64,000 nucleotides of DNA from Syntrophus sp. (in: bacteria) (GTDB taxonomy: Bacteria; Desulfobacterota; Syntrophia; Syntrophales; UBA8958): assembly GCA_025355725.1 (NCBI GenBank), contig JANXZC010000158.1, positions 2,714 to 66,713 of the forward strand. The letters run 5' to 3'. The notes beneath the pieces are model-generated. The model worked only from the letters and a program-made list of their open reading frames with translations. It was not told the DNA's origin and did not search any database. Every line of letters starts with the position of its first letter. Position 1 is the first letter of the stretch. Below, piece after piece: positions 34,397-43,413 of the stretch. The position numbers were made by a program, and so were the translations under genes.

Positions 34397-35299
34397 ATGG
34401 ATACTTATCTCAATCAACTGAAAATTTTTCATGTTGCGGCCAAAGAAAAGTGTTTCACACGCGCCGCCACGGTGTTATTTCTTACCCAGCCGGGAATAAG
34501 CAAGCATATCAAGGATCTGGAGGGGCATTACGGAACAAGGCTCTTCGACCGGTTGGGGAAAAAAGTGGCCCTTACCCAGGCGGGGGAAATCCTTTTCGCC
34601 AAAACAGCAACCATCTTCAATATGATCGAGCAGTTGAAAGTGGAGATTGATGAATTGCAGGGCATGAAGGGCGGCTTTTTGAAGATCGGCGCCAGCATGA
34701 CCATCGGCGTTTATGTACTGCCGCCGATATTGGGAAGATTCCGGGACACCTATCCCCAGGTGGACATCAGTCTCGATGTCGCCGTCAACCGGCAGGTAGA
34801 GGAGAATCTACTCGCCAATGCCATTGACATCGGTTTTCTCGGGGCGCCTGCTGCTGATGCCAGGCTTGTCACAGGGCCTTTCTTAAATGACGAACTGGTC
34901 GTAATCGTGCCGATGAGCCATGAATGGGCGCGGCGGGATTTCGTGCCGCCCCACGAACTGATAAATCAAACCTTCGTCATAGCCAAAGAGGGTTCCGGAA
35001 CGAGGCGGATTATCGAAGCAAGGCTCGCGGACCGGGGCGTGACCTTAAAGAAGACCATCGAGTTCGGCCATACGGAAGCGGTAAAGAAAGCCGTGGAATC
35101 AGGCTTGGGGGTGGGTATCCTGTCCAAACTGGTCATTGTCCGGGAAGAGCATCTGGGCCTGATCAAATCCCTCCGCCTGGAAGGAGTCGATCTGACCCGG
35201 ACATTTTTCTTTGCCTATCGCAAGGATAAATATCTAAGCCGGGTTACAAAGACTTTTCTGCAGTATGCCATTTATGGAAAGGCCGGATCCGACCAATAA
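34397..35299 (+). CDS. LysR-family transcriptional regulator
   Basis: N-terminal HTH (LKIFHVAAKEKCFTRAATVLFLTQPGISKHIKDLE) and a LysR substrate-binding domain. Confidence 0.9.
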   Translation: MDTYLNQLKIFHVAAKEKCFTRAATVLFLTQPGISKHIKDLEGHYGTRLFDRLGKKVALTQAGEILFAKTATIFNMIEQLKVEIDELQGMKGGFLKIGASMTIGVYVLPPILGRFRDTYPQVDISLDVAVNRQVEENLLANAIDIGFLGAPAADARLVTGPFLNDELVVIVPMSHEWARRDFVPPHELINQTFVIAKEGSGTRRIIEARLADRGVTLKKTIEFGHTEAVKKAVESGLGVGILSKLVIVREEHLGLIKSLRLEGVDLTRTFFFAYRKDKYLSRVTKTFLQYAIYGKAGSDQ

Positions 35300-35385
35300 T
35301 CACTATTGGCCGGAGAGAAGCAGTTCTTGATTTGTTCTATATGGATCGTTCATCTGATGCCCCCTACCATATATTACCAAATAAG

Positions 35386-35868
35386 CTATTTGCCAGAACG
35401 CACCGGAAGTACCCGATATAAGTAGCTGAAGGACTGATGACGCCAGATCCGTCTGCCTTCGGTGAAAAAGAAGAGGGCGGCGTCAGAACCGCGTTTTTCC
35501 GATGTCCAGGCCCAGGCGCAGGTAAGACCAATCGATTCCGTTAAATTAACGTCATGTCCACAGCCGACAGTACGAGTTTTTTTATTGTCATACAAGCTTG
35601 CCAGCTCATCCAGCGTCGGCATTCGCCAGTCCTCGAAGCCGCCACCGCGATACCGCTCACAATAGCGCTGGGCCCCTTGCCAGTTGACATCTTCCCCATT
35701 GTCCTTCGTCGCCCACATGAGTCCCGACTTCTGGTCCAGAACGGTGCCGTCATTATTAGCAATGAAGCGGCCGTCCTTGTTGATCTCTTCGGCCGGCCCC
35801 GCGCCAGGTAGGGATAAAAAAAGCACCCATAGGAGGCAGAGGACAATTTTTGCTGACTTTACTAACAT
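35386..35868 (-). CDS. DUF1566 (Lcl C-terminal / C-type-lectin-like) exported protein
   Basis: Signal peptide, then DGTVLDQKSGLMWATKDNGEDVNWQGAQRYCERYRGGGFEDWRMPTLDELASLY. Confidence 0.75.
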   Translation of the reverse strand: MLVKSAKIVLCLLWVLFLSLPGAGPAEEINKDGRFIANNDGTVLDQKSGLMWATKDNGEDVNWQGAQRYCERYRGGGFEDWRMPTLDELASLYDNKKTRTVGCGHDVNLTESIGLTCAWAWTSEKRGSDAALFFFTEGRRIWRHQSFSYLYRVLPVRSGK

Positions 35869-35885
35869 GTCGAGCCCCTTATAAC

Positions 35886-36437
35886 CTATTTGACGGAACG
35901 TACCGGGAGCGCCCGGATGGTGGTGATTTCGTCGCTTGACTGTTTACTCCAGTACCGCCCGCCAAAGCTGAAAGAGAAGAAGGCGACGTCGGAACCGCGC
36001 TTTTCGGACGCCCATATAAAACTATCGGTAAGATCAATGAGGGGCGTAATATGGCACCTGCCGTTACAGGGCTGATTCTCACCCTCATCAAACAATCCCG
36101 CCAGTTCATCCTGTGTCGGCATTCGCCAGTCCGTATATCCACCCCCGCGATAATTTTTGCAATAGCTCCTGGCATCCGCCCATTTTATGTTGCTTCCATT
36201 ATCCTTCGCCGCCCACATCAGCCGCGTCCGCGTGTCCAGGACGGTGCCGTCGTCATAGGCGATGAATTTAACGTCCCGGGCGGTTTCTACGGCCGCGGGT
36301 TGAGGGGGGCTTTTCGCCATAGCGAGGATCGTCCCCGCTCTTGCTTCCTTTTCCTCCGTCGCTGTACTCAGTGAAGGTGGGGAGATTATAACGAGTATAA
36401 ACAGGACCAGGAAGACTCTTATCGGCATGGTTTGCAT
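35886..36437 (-). CDS. DUF1566 exported protein (tandem paralogue)
   Basis: DGTVLDTRTRLMWAAKDNGSNIKWADARSYCKNYRGGGYTDWRMPTQDELAGLF. I preferred the ATG at 36437, which is preceded by AGAGGGG; the track start is 36482. Confidence 0.72.
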   Translation of the reverse strand: MQTMPIRVFLVLFILVIISPPSLSTATEEKEARAGTILAMAKSPPQPAAVETARDVKFIAYDDGTVLDTRTRLMWAAKDNGSNIKWADARSYCKNYRGGGYTDWRMPTQDELAGLFDEGENQPCNGRCHITPLIDLTDSFIWASEKRGSDVAFFSFSFGGRYWSKQSSDEITTIRALPVRSVK

Positions 36438-36553
36438 AGAAATACCCCTCTGTTTAACAAATCGACGTTTCTTATACTTCATCCGCCCTCAAATGACAAT
36501 TCTATGTTGCTGCTTTCCGATGGACTCTGCCGTTGGTCCCGACAAGGTATCGC

Positions 36554-36609
36554 CTTTCACATATCTTTCATCGTTCTGTCATCATTCTGCAACATTTGCC
36601 GTCTATATT
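36554..36609 (+). promoter_or_regulatory. tandem Pho boxes plus -10 of the pstS promoter
   Basis: Four 7-bp direct repeats in exact 11-bp phase, CTTTCAC-atat-CTTTCAT-cgtt-CTGTCAT-catt-CTGCAAC (36554-36593). TATATT (36604-36609) follows 10 nt downstream. Confidence 0.65.
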
Positions 36610-36645
36610 GAACGCGAATACATGATGGGAATAACGTGAGGAGGA

Positions 36646-37470
36646 ATGAAGATGGGAACAATTTTCAGGATCTTAGCATGTGGGATGCTGTGTCTGCTCA
36701 TAGCCGCCCCAGCGGCCCTGGCAGGAGGCAGTATGGTAATCAAAGGCTCCACAACGTTGTTGCCGGTGGCTCAGGCCGCCTCGGAGGCCTACATGAAGCT
36801 CCACAAGGACGTGAATATTTCCCTGTCCGGCGGCGGCTCCGGCGACGGCATCAAGGCCCTCATCGACAAATCCACAGACATCGCCAATTCGTCAAGAGAG
36901 ATGAAGAAACAGGAAACGGATCTGGCAAAGAGTAAAGGAGTCAACCCCGTGGCTCATATCGTCGCCATCGACGCTATTGTGCCGATCGTCAATCCCAGGA
37001 ACAAGGTCAAAGATCTGAGCACCGACCAGCTCAGCCAGATCTATCAGGGCAAGATAAAAAATTGGAAAGAAGTGGGGGGAGAAGATCTGGCCATCGTGGT
37101 GATCTCCCGGGACAGCAGCTCCGGCACCTATGAATCATGGGGCCAGCTTGTTCTGAACGGCGCGAAGGTGACGTCCAGAGCCCAGCTTCAGGCCTCCAAC
37201 GGCGCTATCGTCCAGGCCATCTCCAAGAACAGATACGCCATCGGCTATATAGGCATCGGCTATCTCAACAAATCCGTCCAGGCCCTGACCGTCAACGGCA
37301 TCCAGGCATCGGCCAAAACGGCCCTCTCCAAGGAGTATCCAGTTGCCAGGCCCCTGTATATGTACACGAACGGAGCGCCCAAGGGAGACGCAGAGGGATT
37401 CATCAAATTCCTCCTCAGCAAGAAGGGACAGGAGATCGTAAAAAAGGAAGGCTTCGTTCCCGTTAAATAG
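36646..37470 (+). CDS. pstS: phosphate ABC transporter substrate-binding protein PstS
   Basis: Signal peptide; GSTTLLPVAQAA...LSGGGSGDGIKALI...ANSSREMK...SRDSSSGTYE...IGYIGIGY. Confidence 0.9.
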   Translation: MKMGTIFRILACGMLCLLIAAPAALAGGSMVIKGSTTLLPVAQAASEAYMKLHKDVNISLSGGGSGDGIKALIDKSTDIANSSREMKKQETDLAKSKGVNPVAHIVAIDAIVPIVNPRNKVKDLSTDQLSQIYQGKIKNWKEVGGEDLAIVVISRDSSSGTYESWGQLVLNGAKVTSRAQLQASNGAIVQAISKNRYAIGYIGIGYLNKSVQALTVNGIQASAKTALSKEYPVARPLYMYTNGAPKGDAEGFIKFLLSKKGQEIVKKEGFVPVK

Positions 37471-37483
37471 ATTGAGAGTAGTG

Positions 37484-38371
37484 ATGACCCGACATCAAAA
37501 AGAAATTATCATAAAGAACGTCTTTTTTATTCTTTCCCTGGTCTCTATTTTGATTCTGGGGCTGATTGTCGTTTTTCTTTTCCGGGAAGGGCTTCCTCTC
37601 TTCCGGGAAGTCTCCCTGCGGGATTTCATTTTCGGCATGGAGTGGTATCCGACCTACAGTCCCCCGTCTTACGGGATCTGGCCCTTGATTGTCGGCTCCC
37701 TGATCGTCACCATCTTATCTTCCCTCATCGCTGTTCCCCTGGGGGTACTGGCGGCGGTTTACATCTCGGAAATCGCTCCCCCGGCAATCAAGGAAGTCCT
37801 CAAAGCGATCATTGAGCTTTTGGCCGGACTGCCTTCGGTAGTCCTCGGCTTTTTCGGCATGGTCATTATCGCCCCCTGGCTCCAGGAGACCTTCGATCTG
37901 CCCACGGGCTTGAATATCGTCAACGCCTCGGTGATTCTTGCCATCATGGCGGTCCCCACCATCTCGAGCATCTCCGAAGACGCCCTCTACGCCGTTCCCA
38001 ATGAATTCAAGGAAGCCTCTTACGCCCTGGGAGCGACGAAGTTTGAAACTATTACCCGCATTATTATCCCGTCCGCCCTGTCCGGCATTTCCACAGCCGT
38101 CATCCTGGGGATGGCCCGGGCGATCGGCGAGACGATGGTCGTCCTGATGGTAGCCGGAGGCGCCGCCGCCCTCCCCGAAAGCATCTTCGACTCCGTCCGG
38201 CCCATGCCGGCCAGCATCGCCGCAGAGATGGGAGAGGCGCCCTTCCGCAGCGGTCATTATCACGCTCTCTTTGCCACCGGTATCGTCCTGTTTCTCATGA
38301 CCCTGGCCTTCAATCTGATCGCCGATTATATTTCCCAGAAATTCAAGGAAGTGGGTTCGGCAACATTATGA
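37484..38371 (+). CDS. pstC: phosphate ABC transporter permease PstC
   Basis: Six-TM permease containing ALGATKFETITRIIIPSALSGI (the EAA-loop region). I chose the ATG at 37484; the track TTG is at 37472. Confidence 0.9.
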   Translation: MTRHQKEIIIKNVFFILSLVSILILGLIVVFLFREGLPLFREVSLRDFIFGMEWYPTYSPPSYGIWPLIVGSLIVTILSSLIAVPLGVLAAVYISEIAPPAIKEVLKAIIELLAGLPSVVLGFFGMVIIAPWLQETFDLPTGLNIVNASVILAIMAVPTISSISEDALYAVPNEFKEASYALGATKFETITRIIIPSALSGISTAVILGMARAIGETMVVLMVAGGAAALPESIFDSVRPMPASIAAEMGEAPFRSGHYHALFATGIVLFLMTLAFNLIADYISQKFKEVGSATL

Positions 38372-39249
38372 CCGGACAGACCGTAAGCGGGAACATGAAA
38401 CGGCGCTATCTCAAGCAACACCTCTTTTTCGGCGCCGTCCGCCTGTCGGCCATAATTCTCACCCTGGCCCTGGGTGGCATTCTTTTCTACATCCTTGCAA
38501 ACGGTATCCAGGTTATCAGTTGGGAATTTTTGACTGCACCGCCTACGGACTCCATGACGAAAGGCGGCATCATGCCCGCCATCCTCGGGACGCTGTACCT
38601 GACTATCGGCGCGATCACCGTCGCCCTTCCTCTGGGCGTCGTGGCAGCTATCTATTTAACGGAATACGCCAAGCAGGGAAAAATCGTCCGGGCCATCCGG
38701 GTGGGCGTCAATTGCCTAGCCGGGGTTCCTTCGGTAGTTTTCGGTCTTTTTGGCCTGGGTTTCTTTGTTGTCTTTCTGAAATTCGGTTCCTCCATCCTTG
38801 CCGGCGCCCTTACCCTCGGAATTCTCATCCTGCCCACAATCATCGGCGCCGCTGAGGAAGCCCTCAAAGGAGTCCCCCAAACTTTCCGGGAGGCATCTCT
38901 GGCCCTGGGGGTTTCCAAATGGCTGACGATCTGGAAGATCGTCCTGCCTAACGCCCTCCCGGGAATATTGACCGGCTCCATCCTTGGCATCGGCCGGGCC
39001 GCCGGGGAAACGGCCCCCATCATGTTTACGGCGGCTGCTTTTTTCACGGCCAAGCTTCCCGGCTCCATCTTTGACGAAGTCATGGCCCTCCCCTACCACG
39101 TCTATGTCCTGGCCACCGCCGGAACCCATATTGAAGAGACCCGCCCCATCCAGTACGGCACGGTCCTCGTCCTCGTCGTCCTGGTCCTGGGCATCGATCT
39201 CATTGCTATTGTCATCCGTAGTTACATGCGCAGGAATAAAAGGTGGTAA
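38368..39249 (+). CDS. pstA: phosphate ABC transporter permease PstA
   Basis: ATGA overlap with pst[31 protein letters not shown] is present. Confidence 0.9.
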   Translation: MTGQTVSGNMKRRYLKQHLFFGAVRLSAIILTLALGGILFYILANGIQVISWEFLTAPPTDSMTKGGIMPAILGTLYLTIGAITVALPLGVVAAIYLTEYAKQGKIVRAIRVGVNCLAGVPSVVFGLFGLGFFVVFLKFGSSILAGALTLGILILPTIIGAAEEALKGVPQTFREASLALGVSKWLTIWKIVLPNALPGILTGSILGIGRAAGETAPIMFTAAAFFTAKLPGSIFDEVMALPYHVYVLATAGTHIEETRPIQYGTVLVLVVLVLGIDLIAIVIRSYMRRNKRW

Positions 39250-39251
39250 AC

Positions 39252-40025
39252 ATGGAAAACAACCATTTTGATACCGAGATTATCAAGACAAAGAATGTCA
39301 ATTTTTATTACGGCCCCTTCAAGGCCCTGACAGACATCTCCATGAACTTTGAGAAAAGGAAAGTGACGGCACTGATCGGCCCTTCGGGTTGCGGCAAGTC
39401 AACCCTCCTACGCCTCCTCAACCGGATGAACGACCTGATCGCCGGGGCGCGGGTGGAAGGAGAAGTCCTCTTTGAAGGGATGAATATCTATGACCCCGAG
39501 GTGGATCCCGTGGAAGTGCGCCGCCGGGTCGGCATGGTCTTTCAGAAACCAAACCCCTTTCCCAAGTCCATCTTCAATAATATCACCTATGGCCCCCGGC
39601 TCACCGGCACGGCGAATAAATTGGATCTGGAAGCCTTGGCGGAGATTAGCCTCAAACAGGCCGTCCTGTGGGACGAGGTCAAGGATATCCTGGGCAGATC
39701 GGCAATGACCCTCTCCGGGGGGCAGCAGCAGCGCCTCTGTATCGCCCGGGCCCTGGCCATGAAACCAGACATCCTCCTCATGGACGAACCCACTTCGGCC
39801 CTCGATCCGATTTCCACGGCGAAGATTGAAGAATTGATTGACGAATTGAAAAAAACCTATACTATCATCATCGTCACCCATAACATGCAGCAGGCGGCCC
39901 GGATTTCCGATAAAACGGGTTTCTTTTACATAGGAAAACTAATCGAATACAACGCCACGGAAAAGATTTTTACAAACCCCGACGTCAAGCAAACGGAAGA
40001 TTACATCACCGGGCGCTTCGGATAA
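39252..40025 (+). CDS. pstB: phosphate ABC transporter ATPase PstB
   Basis: Walker [10 protein letters not shown], signature [14 protein letters not shown], and Walker [14 protein letters not shown] chose the ATG at 39252. Confidence 0.95.
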   Translation: MENNHFDTEIIKTKNVNFYYGPFKALTDISMNFEKRKVTALIGPSGCGKSTLLRLLNRMNDLIAGARVEGEVLFEGMNIYDPEVDPVEVRRRVGMVFQKPNPFPKSIFNNITYGPRLTGTANKLDLEALAEISLKQAVLWDEVKDILGRSAMTLSGGQQQRLCIARALAMKPDILLMDEPTSALDPISTAKIEELIDELKKTYTIIIVTHNMQQAARISDKTGFFYIGKLIEYNATEKIFTNPDVKQTEDYITGRFG

Positions 40026-40035
40026 AAGGAGAAAG

Positions 40036-40704
40036 ATGGATACAAAGCGACACACAAGCAGGCAATATGAAGCAGAAATGCAAGAAGTAACGGAAAACCT
40101 TCTCTATCTGGGAACATTGATAGAAAAAGCCATTGCCGACAGCATCCAGGCGCTTGTGGAGCGGGATCCAGAGCTGGCCCGGAAGGTCATTGCCTATGAC
40201 ATCCACATTGACAAACTCGACTACGAGATCGAGGAAAAATGCATCCGCCTCCTGGCGCTGCGGCAACCTGCCGCCCGGGACCTGCGGTTCATCACAACGG
40301 CCATCAAGATTAACGGCCACCTTGAGCGGATCGGGGACATGGCCGTCAAGATATGCGAAAAGGTCCTCATCCTCAACGAGGAACCTCAATTGAAGCCCTA
40401 TATCGATCTTCCCCGCATGGCGGAAATATCGCGGCAGATGATCCGTGAAAGCCTGGATGCCCTCGTCCATGAAGATGTCGATCTGGCCAACAAGGTCCGC
40501 GACGAAGACGAAACGGTGGATAACCTCAACGAGCAAATCTTTCGGGAACTCTTGACCTTCATGATGGAAGACCCGCGGACGATACATAGGTCCCTGCTCA
40601 TCATGCAGATTTCCAAGACCGTCGAGCGGATCTCCGATCATGCCAAAGGGATAGCCGACATGGTGGTGTATATGGTGACGGGCAAAAGCGTCCGCCATCA
40701 ATAG
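40036..40704 (+). CDS. phoU: phosphate signalling regulator PhoU
   Basis: Two PhoU repeats (RDLRFITTAIKINGHLERIGDMAV; LLIMQISKTVERISDHAKGIA). Confidence 0.9.
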   Translation: MDTKRHTSRQYEAEMQEVTENLLYLGTLIEKAIADSIQALVERDPELARKVIAYDIHIDKLDYEIEEKCIRLLALRQPAARDLRFITTAIKINGHLERIGDMAVKICEKVLILNEEPQLKPYIDLPRMAEISRQMIRESLDALVHEDVDLANKVRDEDETVDNLNEQIFRELLTFMMEDPRTIHRSLLIMQISKTVERISDHAKGIADMVVYMVTGKSVRHQ

Positions 40705-40735
40705 CCTTTCGAAGGATACGCGAGGACATGTTCAT

Positions 40736-42487
40736 ATGAAAAGCCGCCTTTTTTACAAGATCTTTGCCTCGTATCTGGTCCTGGTCGTGCTGGTTATCGC
40801 CGTCATGGAATTTTACCTTACCCCGAAAATCCATGATACCGTAACGAAAGGAATTACAGAAAGGATGATCGCCAGCGGTCGCATCATGGCCCTCATGCCC
40901 AGGGGGGACATGATCAGGGAGATCAAGGAACTTGATTCCCGCTCCGAGGCCAGGGTCACCATCATTGACGCCGCCGGCAAGGTTCTGGCGGATTCCCAGT
41001 CGTCGGAACAGCGGATGGATACCCACCTCAACCGTTCCGAAATCCAGGAAGCCCGCATCAAGGGCCAGGGGGTTGCCCAGCGTTACAGCCGTACCCTTCA
41101 GGCCGAAATGCTCTATGTGGCTGTTGCCGTCGGGGATAAAGAAAATATCAGGGGATATGTCCGCCTGGCCCGTTCCCTGGCAAATGTATCTGATTCCATT
41201 CAGCATCTTTATAGAATCATCTATCTGACCCTGTTTTTGATTTCCCTGCCATCCTTGTTTCTGGCCTTCTGGTTCGCCAGAAACATCACCGCCCCCATCC
41301 GCCGGATGGCGGCGTTCACCGGGAAGCTCCGGGCCGGTCAGCGGCCAGCGCCGATGCTGGTGGACTCAGGAGATGAACTGGCGCAATTAGCCAGGGATAT
41401 CAACCATATACTTGAAGAACAGGACGAAAAAGTCCGCCGGGCCCAAGAAGAAAAAAGCAAGCTGGAGGCGGCTTTTGCCAGCATGGTGGAAGGGGCCCTT
41501 ACCCTGGACCGGGACAACCGCATCGATCAATTCAACCGGAGCCTCAGAAAGATGATCGGGAAGCGCTATGAAGACATCCTGGGCAAGACGCCGATGGAAG
41601 CCTTCCGTAGCATCGCTTTGCAGGACGCCCTTCTCCGCTTTCGGGAATCAGGCCAGCCGGTCGTGGAGGAGATTATTCTGGGCGATGAAAACCCGCGGAT
41701 TCTCGACGTCAATATCACTGCCATTCAGGGCTTCCCCGGTGCGGAACCAAAAATTCTGATGATGTTCCATAATGTTACCCGCCTGAAGCAGCTTGAGCGG
41801 ATGCGCATGGATTTTGTGGCCAATGTCACCCATGAGATCAGGACGCCCCTCACAGCCATCATTGGCTACATTGAAACTTTGCAGCAAGGCGCCGTTCATG
41901 ATCGGGAAAAGGCCGAAATATTCCTCCAAACCATCCATAACAACGCCCAGCGCCTCAATCGTCTTGTCGATGACCTGCTTACCTTATCAAATATCGAGAT
42001 GGGGGAAACAAAATTGCAGTTCCGAGAGGTAGCCGTCGCGGAAGTCATCGGGGAGGTATTGAAAACTGTGGCGTCCCAGGCAGCGGCCAAGAAGATTACT
42101 ATGGGAGAGAATCTCCCTGAGGACATCCCGCCTATCCGTGCCGACCGGGATCGGGTCTTTCAGATTCTCCTGAACATCCTCGATAACGCCGTCAAATTCA
42201 CTCCCGAAGGTGGCGCAATCATGATAACGGCCTCCCAAAAAGACGCCGAAACAATCGCCGTCCGGATCGCCGACACAGGCATCGGCATTCCGAAAAATGA
42301 AATTCCCCGGTTGGGCGAACGTTTCTACCGGGTGGAAAAGACCCGTTCCCGTGACTCAGGGGGGACAGGATTGGGTCTCTCCATTGTCAAGCACCTCATG
42401 GCGGCCCACGGCGGGGTTATGGAAATTGCCAGCGCTCCGGGAGAGGGAACCACGGTCTCCCTGTTTTTTCCTGTGGTCCATCCCTGA
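40736..42487 (+). CDS. phoR: phosphate-regulon-type sensor histidine kinase (PhoR-like)
   Basis: Two TMs flank a ~150-aa extracytoplasmic domain, followed by HAMP, PAS, the H-box HEIRTPLTAIIGYIE, and N/G boxes (LLNILDNAVKFT, DTGIGIP, GGTGLGLSIV). Its position follows pstSCAB-phoU. Confidence 0.75.
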   Translation: MKSRLFYKIFASYLVLVVLVIAVMEFYLTPKIHDTVTKGITERMIASGRIMALMPRGDMIREIKELDSRSEARVTIIDAAGKVLADSQSSEQRMDTHLNRSEIQEARIKGQGVAQRYSRTLQAEMLYVAVAVGDKENIRGYVRLARSLANVSDSIQHLYRIIYLTLFLISLPSLFLAFWFARNITAPIRRMAAFTGKLRAGQRPAPMLVDSGDELAQLARDINHILEEQDEKVRRAQEEKSKLEAAFASMVEGALTLDRDNRIDQFNRSLRKMIGKRYEDILGKTPMEAFRSIALQDALLRFRESGQPVVEEIILGDENPRILDVNITAIQGFPGAEPKILMMFHNVTRLKQLERMRMDFVANVTHEIRTPLTAIIGYIETLQQGAVHDREKAEIFLQTIHNNAQRLNRLVDDLLTLSNIEMGETKLQFREVAVAEVIGEVLKTVASQAAAKKITMGENLPEDIPPIRADRDRVFQILLNILDNAVKFTPEGGAIMITASQKDAETIAVRIADTGIGIPKNEIPRLGERFYRVEKTRSRDSGGTGLGLSIVKHLMAAHGGVMEIASAPGEGTTVSLFFPVVHP

Positions 42488-42546
42488 AAATTGACACCCA
42501 CCAATGGTCGCCCACGGCAAACATGATGCGACAACATCCATCAAAA

Positions 42547-42982
42547 ATGGACAAAAAAAACCGCCCTTTTTCTTTGCACCCATAATTCCAGCCGCTCCCA
42601 GATGGCCGAAGAGCTGCTCCGCTCAATACATGGGGAACAATGGGAGGCCTTCAGCGCCGGCACGGAACCCCGGGGCATCCATCCTTACGCCATCACGGTC
42701 ATGGCGGAAATAGGCATCGATATTTCGGAAAGCCAATCTAAACATGTGGACTCCCTGCTGGGAAAAAATTTCGATCTTGTGATCACCGTTTGCAATGACG
42801 CCAACGAGGCCTGTCCCATATTCCCCGGCGGAATAAAAAGGCTCCATCGGGGATTCCCGGATCCTTCCGCAGCACCGGGAACGCCAGAGGAACGTCTGGC
42901 CGTGTTTCGCCATGTCCGAGACGAAATCAGGCAATGGATAAAGACGGATACCATCTTCACCGTCCATCAGCTAACATATTGA
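42547..42982 (+). pseudogene. arsC: thioredoxin-type (LMW-PTP family) arsenate reductase ArsC, reading frame broken in an A8 run
   Basis: The track ORF (42602..42982) starts at QMAEELL and lacks the catalytic P-loop. The P-loop KKTALFLCTHNSSRSQ is encoded in the same frame just upstream but has no start codon. The ATG at 42547 is one base out of frame across A8 (42553-42560), and seven As would give MDKKTALFLCTHNSSRSQMAEE.... The downstream VITVCNDANEACP Cys pair is intact. Confidence 0.75.
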
Positions 42983-43032
42983 TACAAAAAAATTTTATGG
43001 AGAATGAAAAACGGCAGTGTAACCGAAGCTCC

Positions 43033-43371
43033 TTACTTACCCCTTTTGCTTTTATTTCCTTTTAGTTTTGGAAGTGGAAGTTCTTTTGCTGTTATCTCTA
43101 TTAACCCACTGATCCATTCCCGATCTTCAAATGCATCTTCTATCAGGAAATACAACTTAGCGCCGGGATACGGCGGGGCTTCAATAATATCAATTATATA
43201 CGATCTCCCGCTTTCGGACGGTTTTACAAAAAGCCGATTGTCGCAAACGAGGGCTACGACTTTACCATCACAATATATTGCGTACTCACCAAACATCTTC
43301 TTGTAGGAAATAAGCCCCGCATCCCCCATTTGATCTACGATAAATTCAATGAAACTTTTATCAGATGCCAT
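43033..43371 (-). CDS. TfoX/Sxy N-terminal-domain family protein
   Basis: FIEFIVDQMGDAGLISYKKMFGEYAIYCDGKVVALVCDNRLFVKP. The gene is AT-rich relative to its flanks. Confidence 0.7.
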   Translation of the reverse strand: MASDKSFIEFIVDQMGDAGLISYKKMFGEYAIYCDGKVVALVCDNRLFVKPSESGRSYIIDIIEAPPYPGAKLYFLIEDAFEDREWISGLIEITAKELPLPKLKGNKSKRGK

Positions 43372-43413
43372 TTTTATTGCCCACCTTGAAGCTGATGTTA
43401 CTACGATAAAGCT

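Noticed and set aside
35386-36482. Diversity-generating retroelement around the DUF1566 pair
   Set aside because: No reverse transcriptase, accessory gene or template repeat is visible anywhere in the window. The two genes differ throughout, not only at adenine-templated positions.
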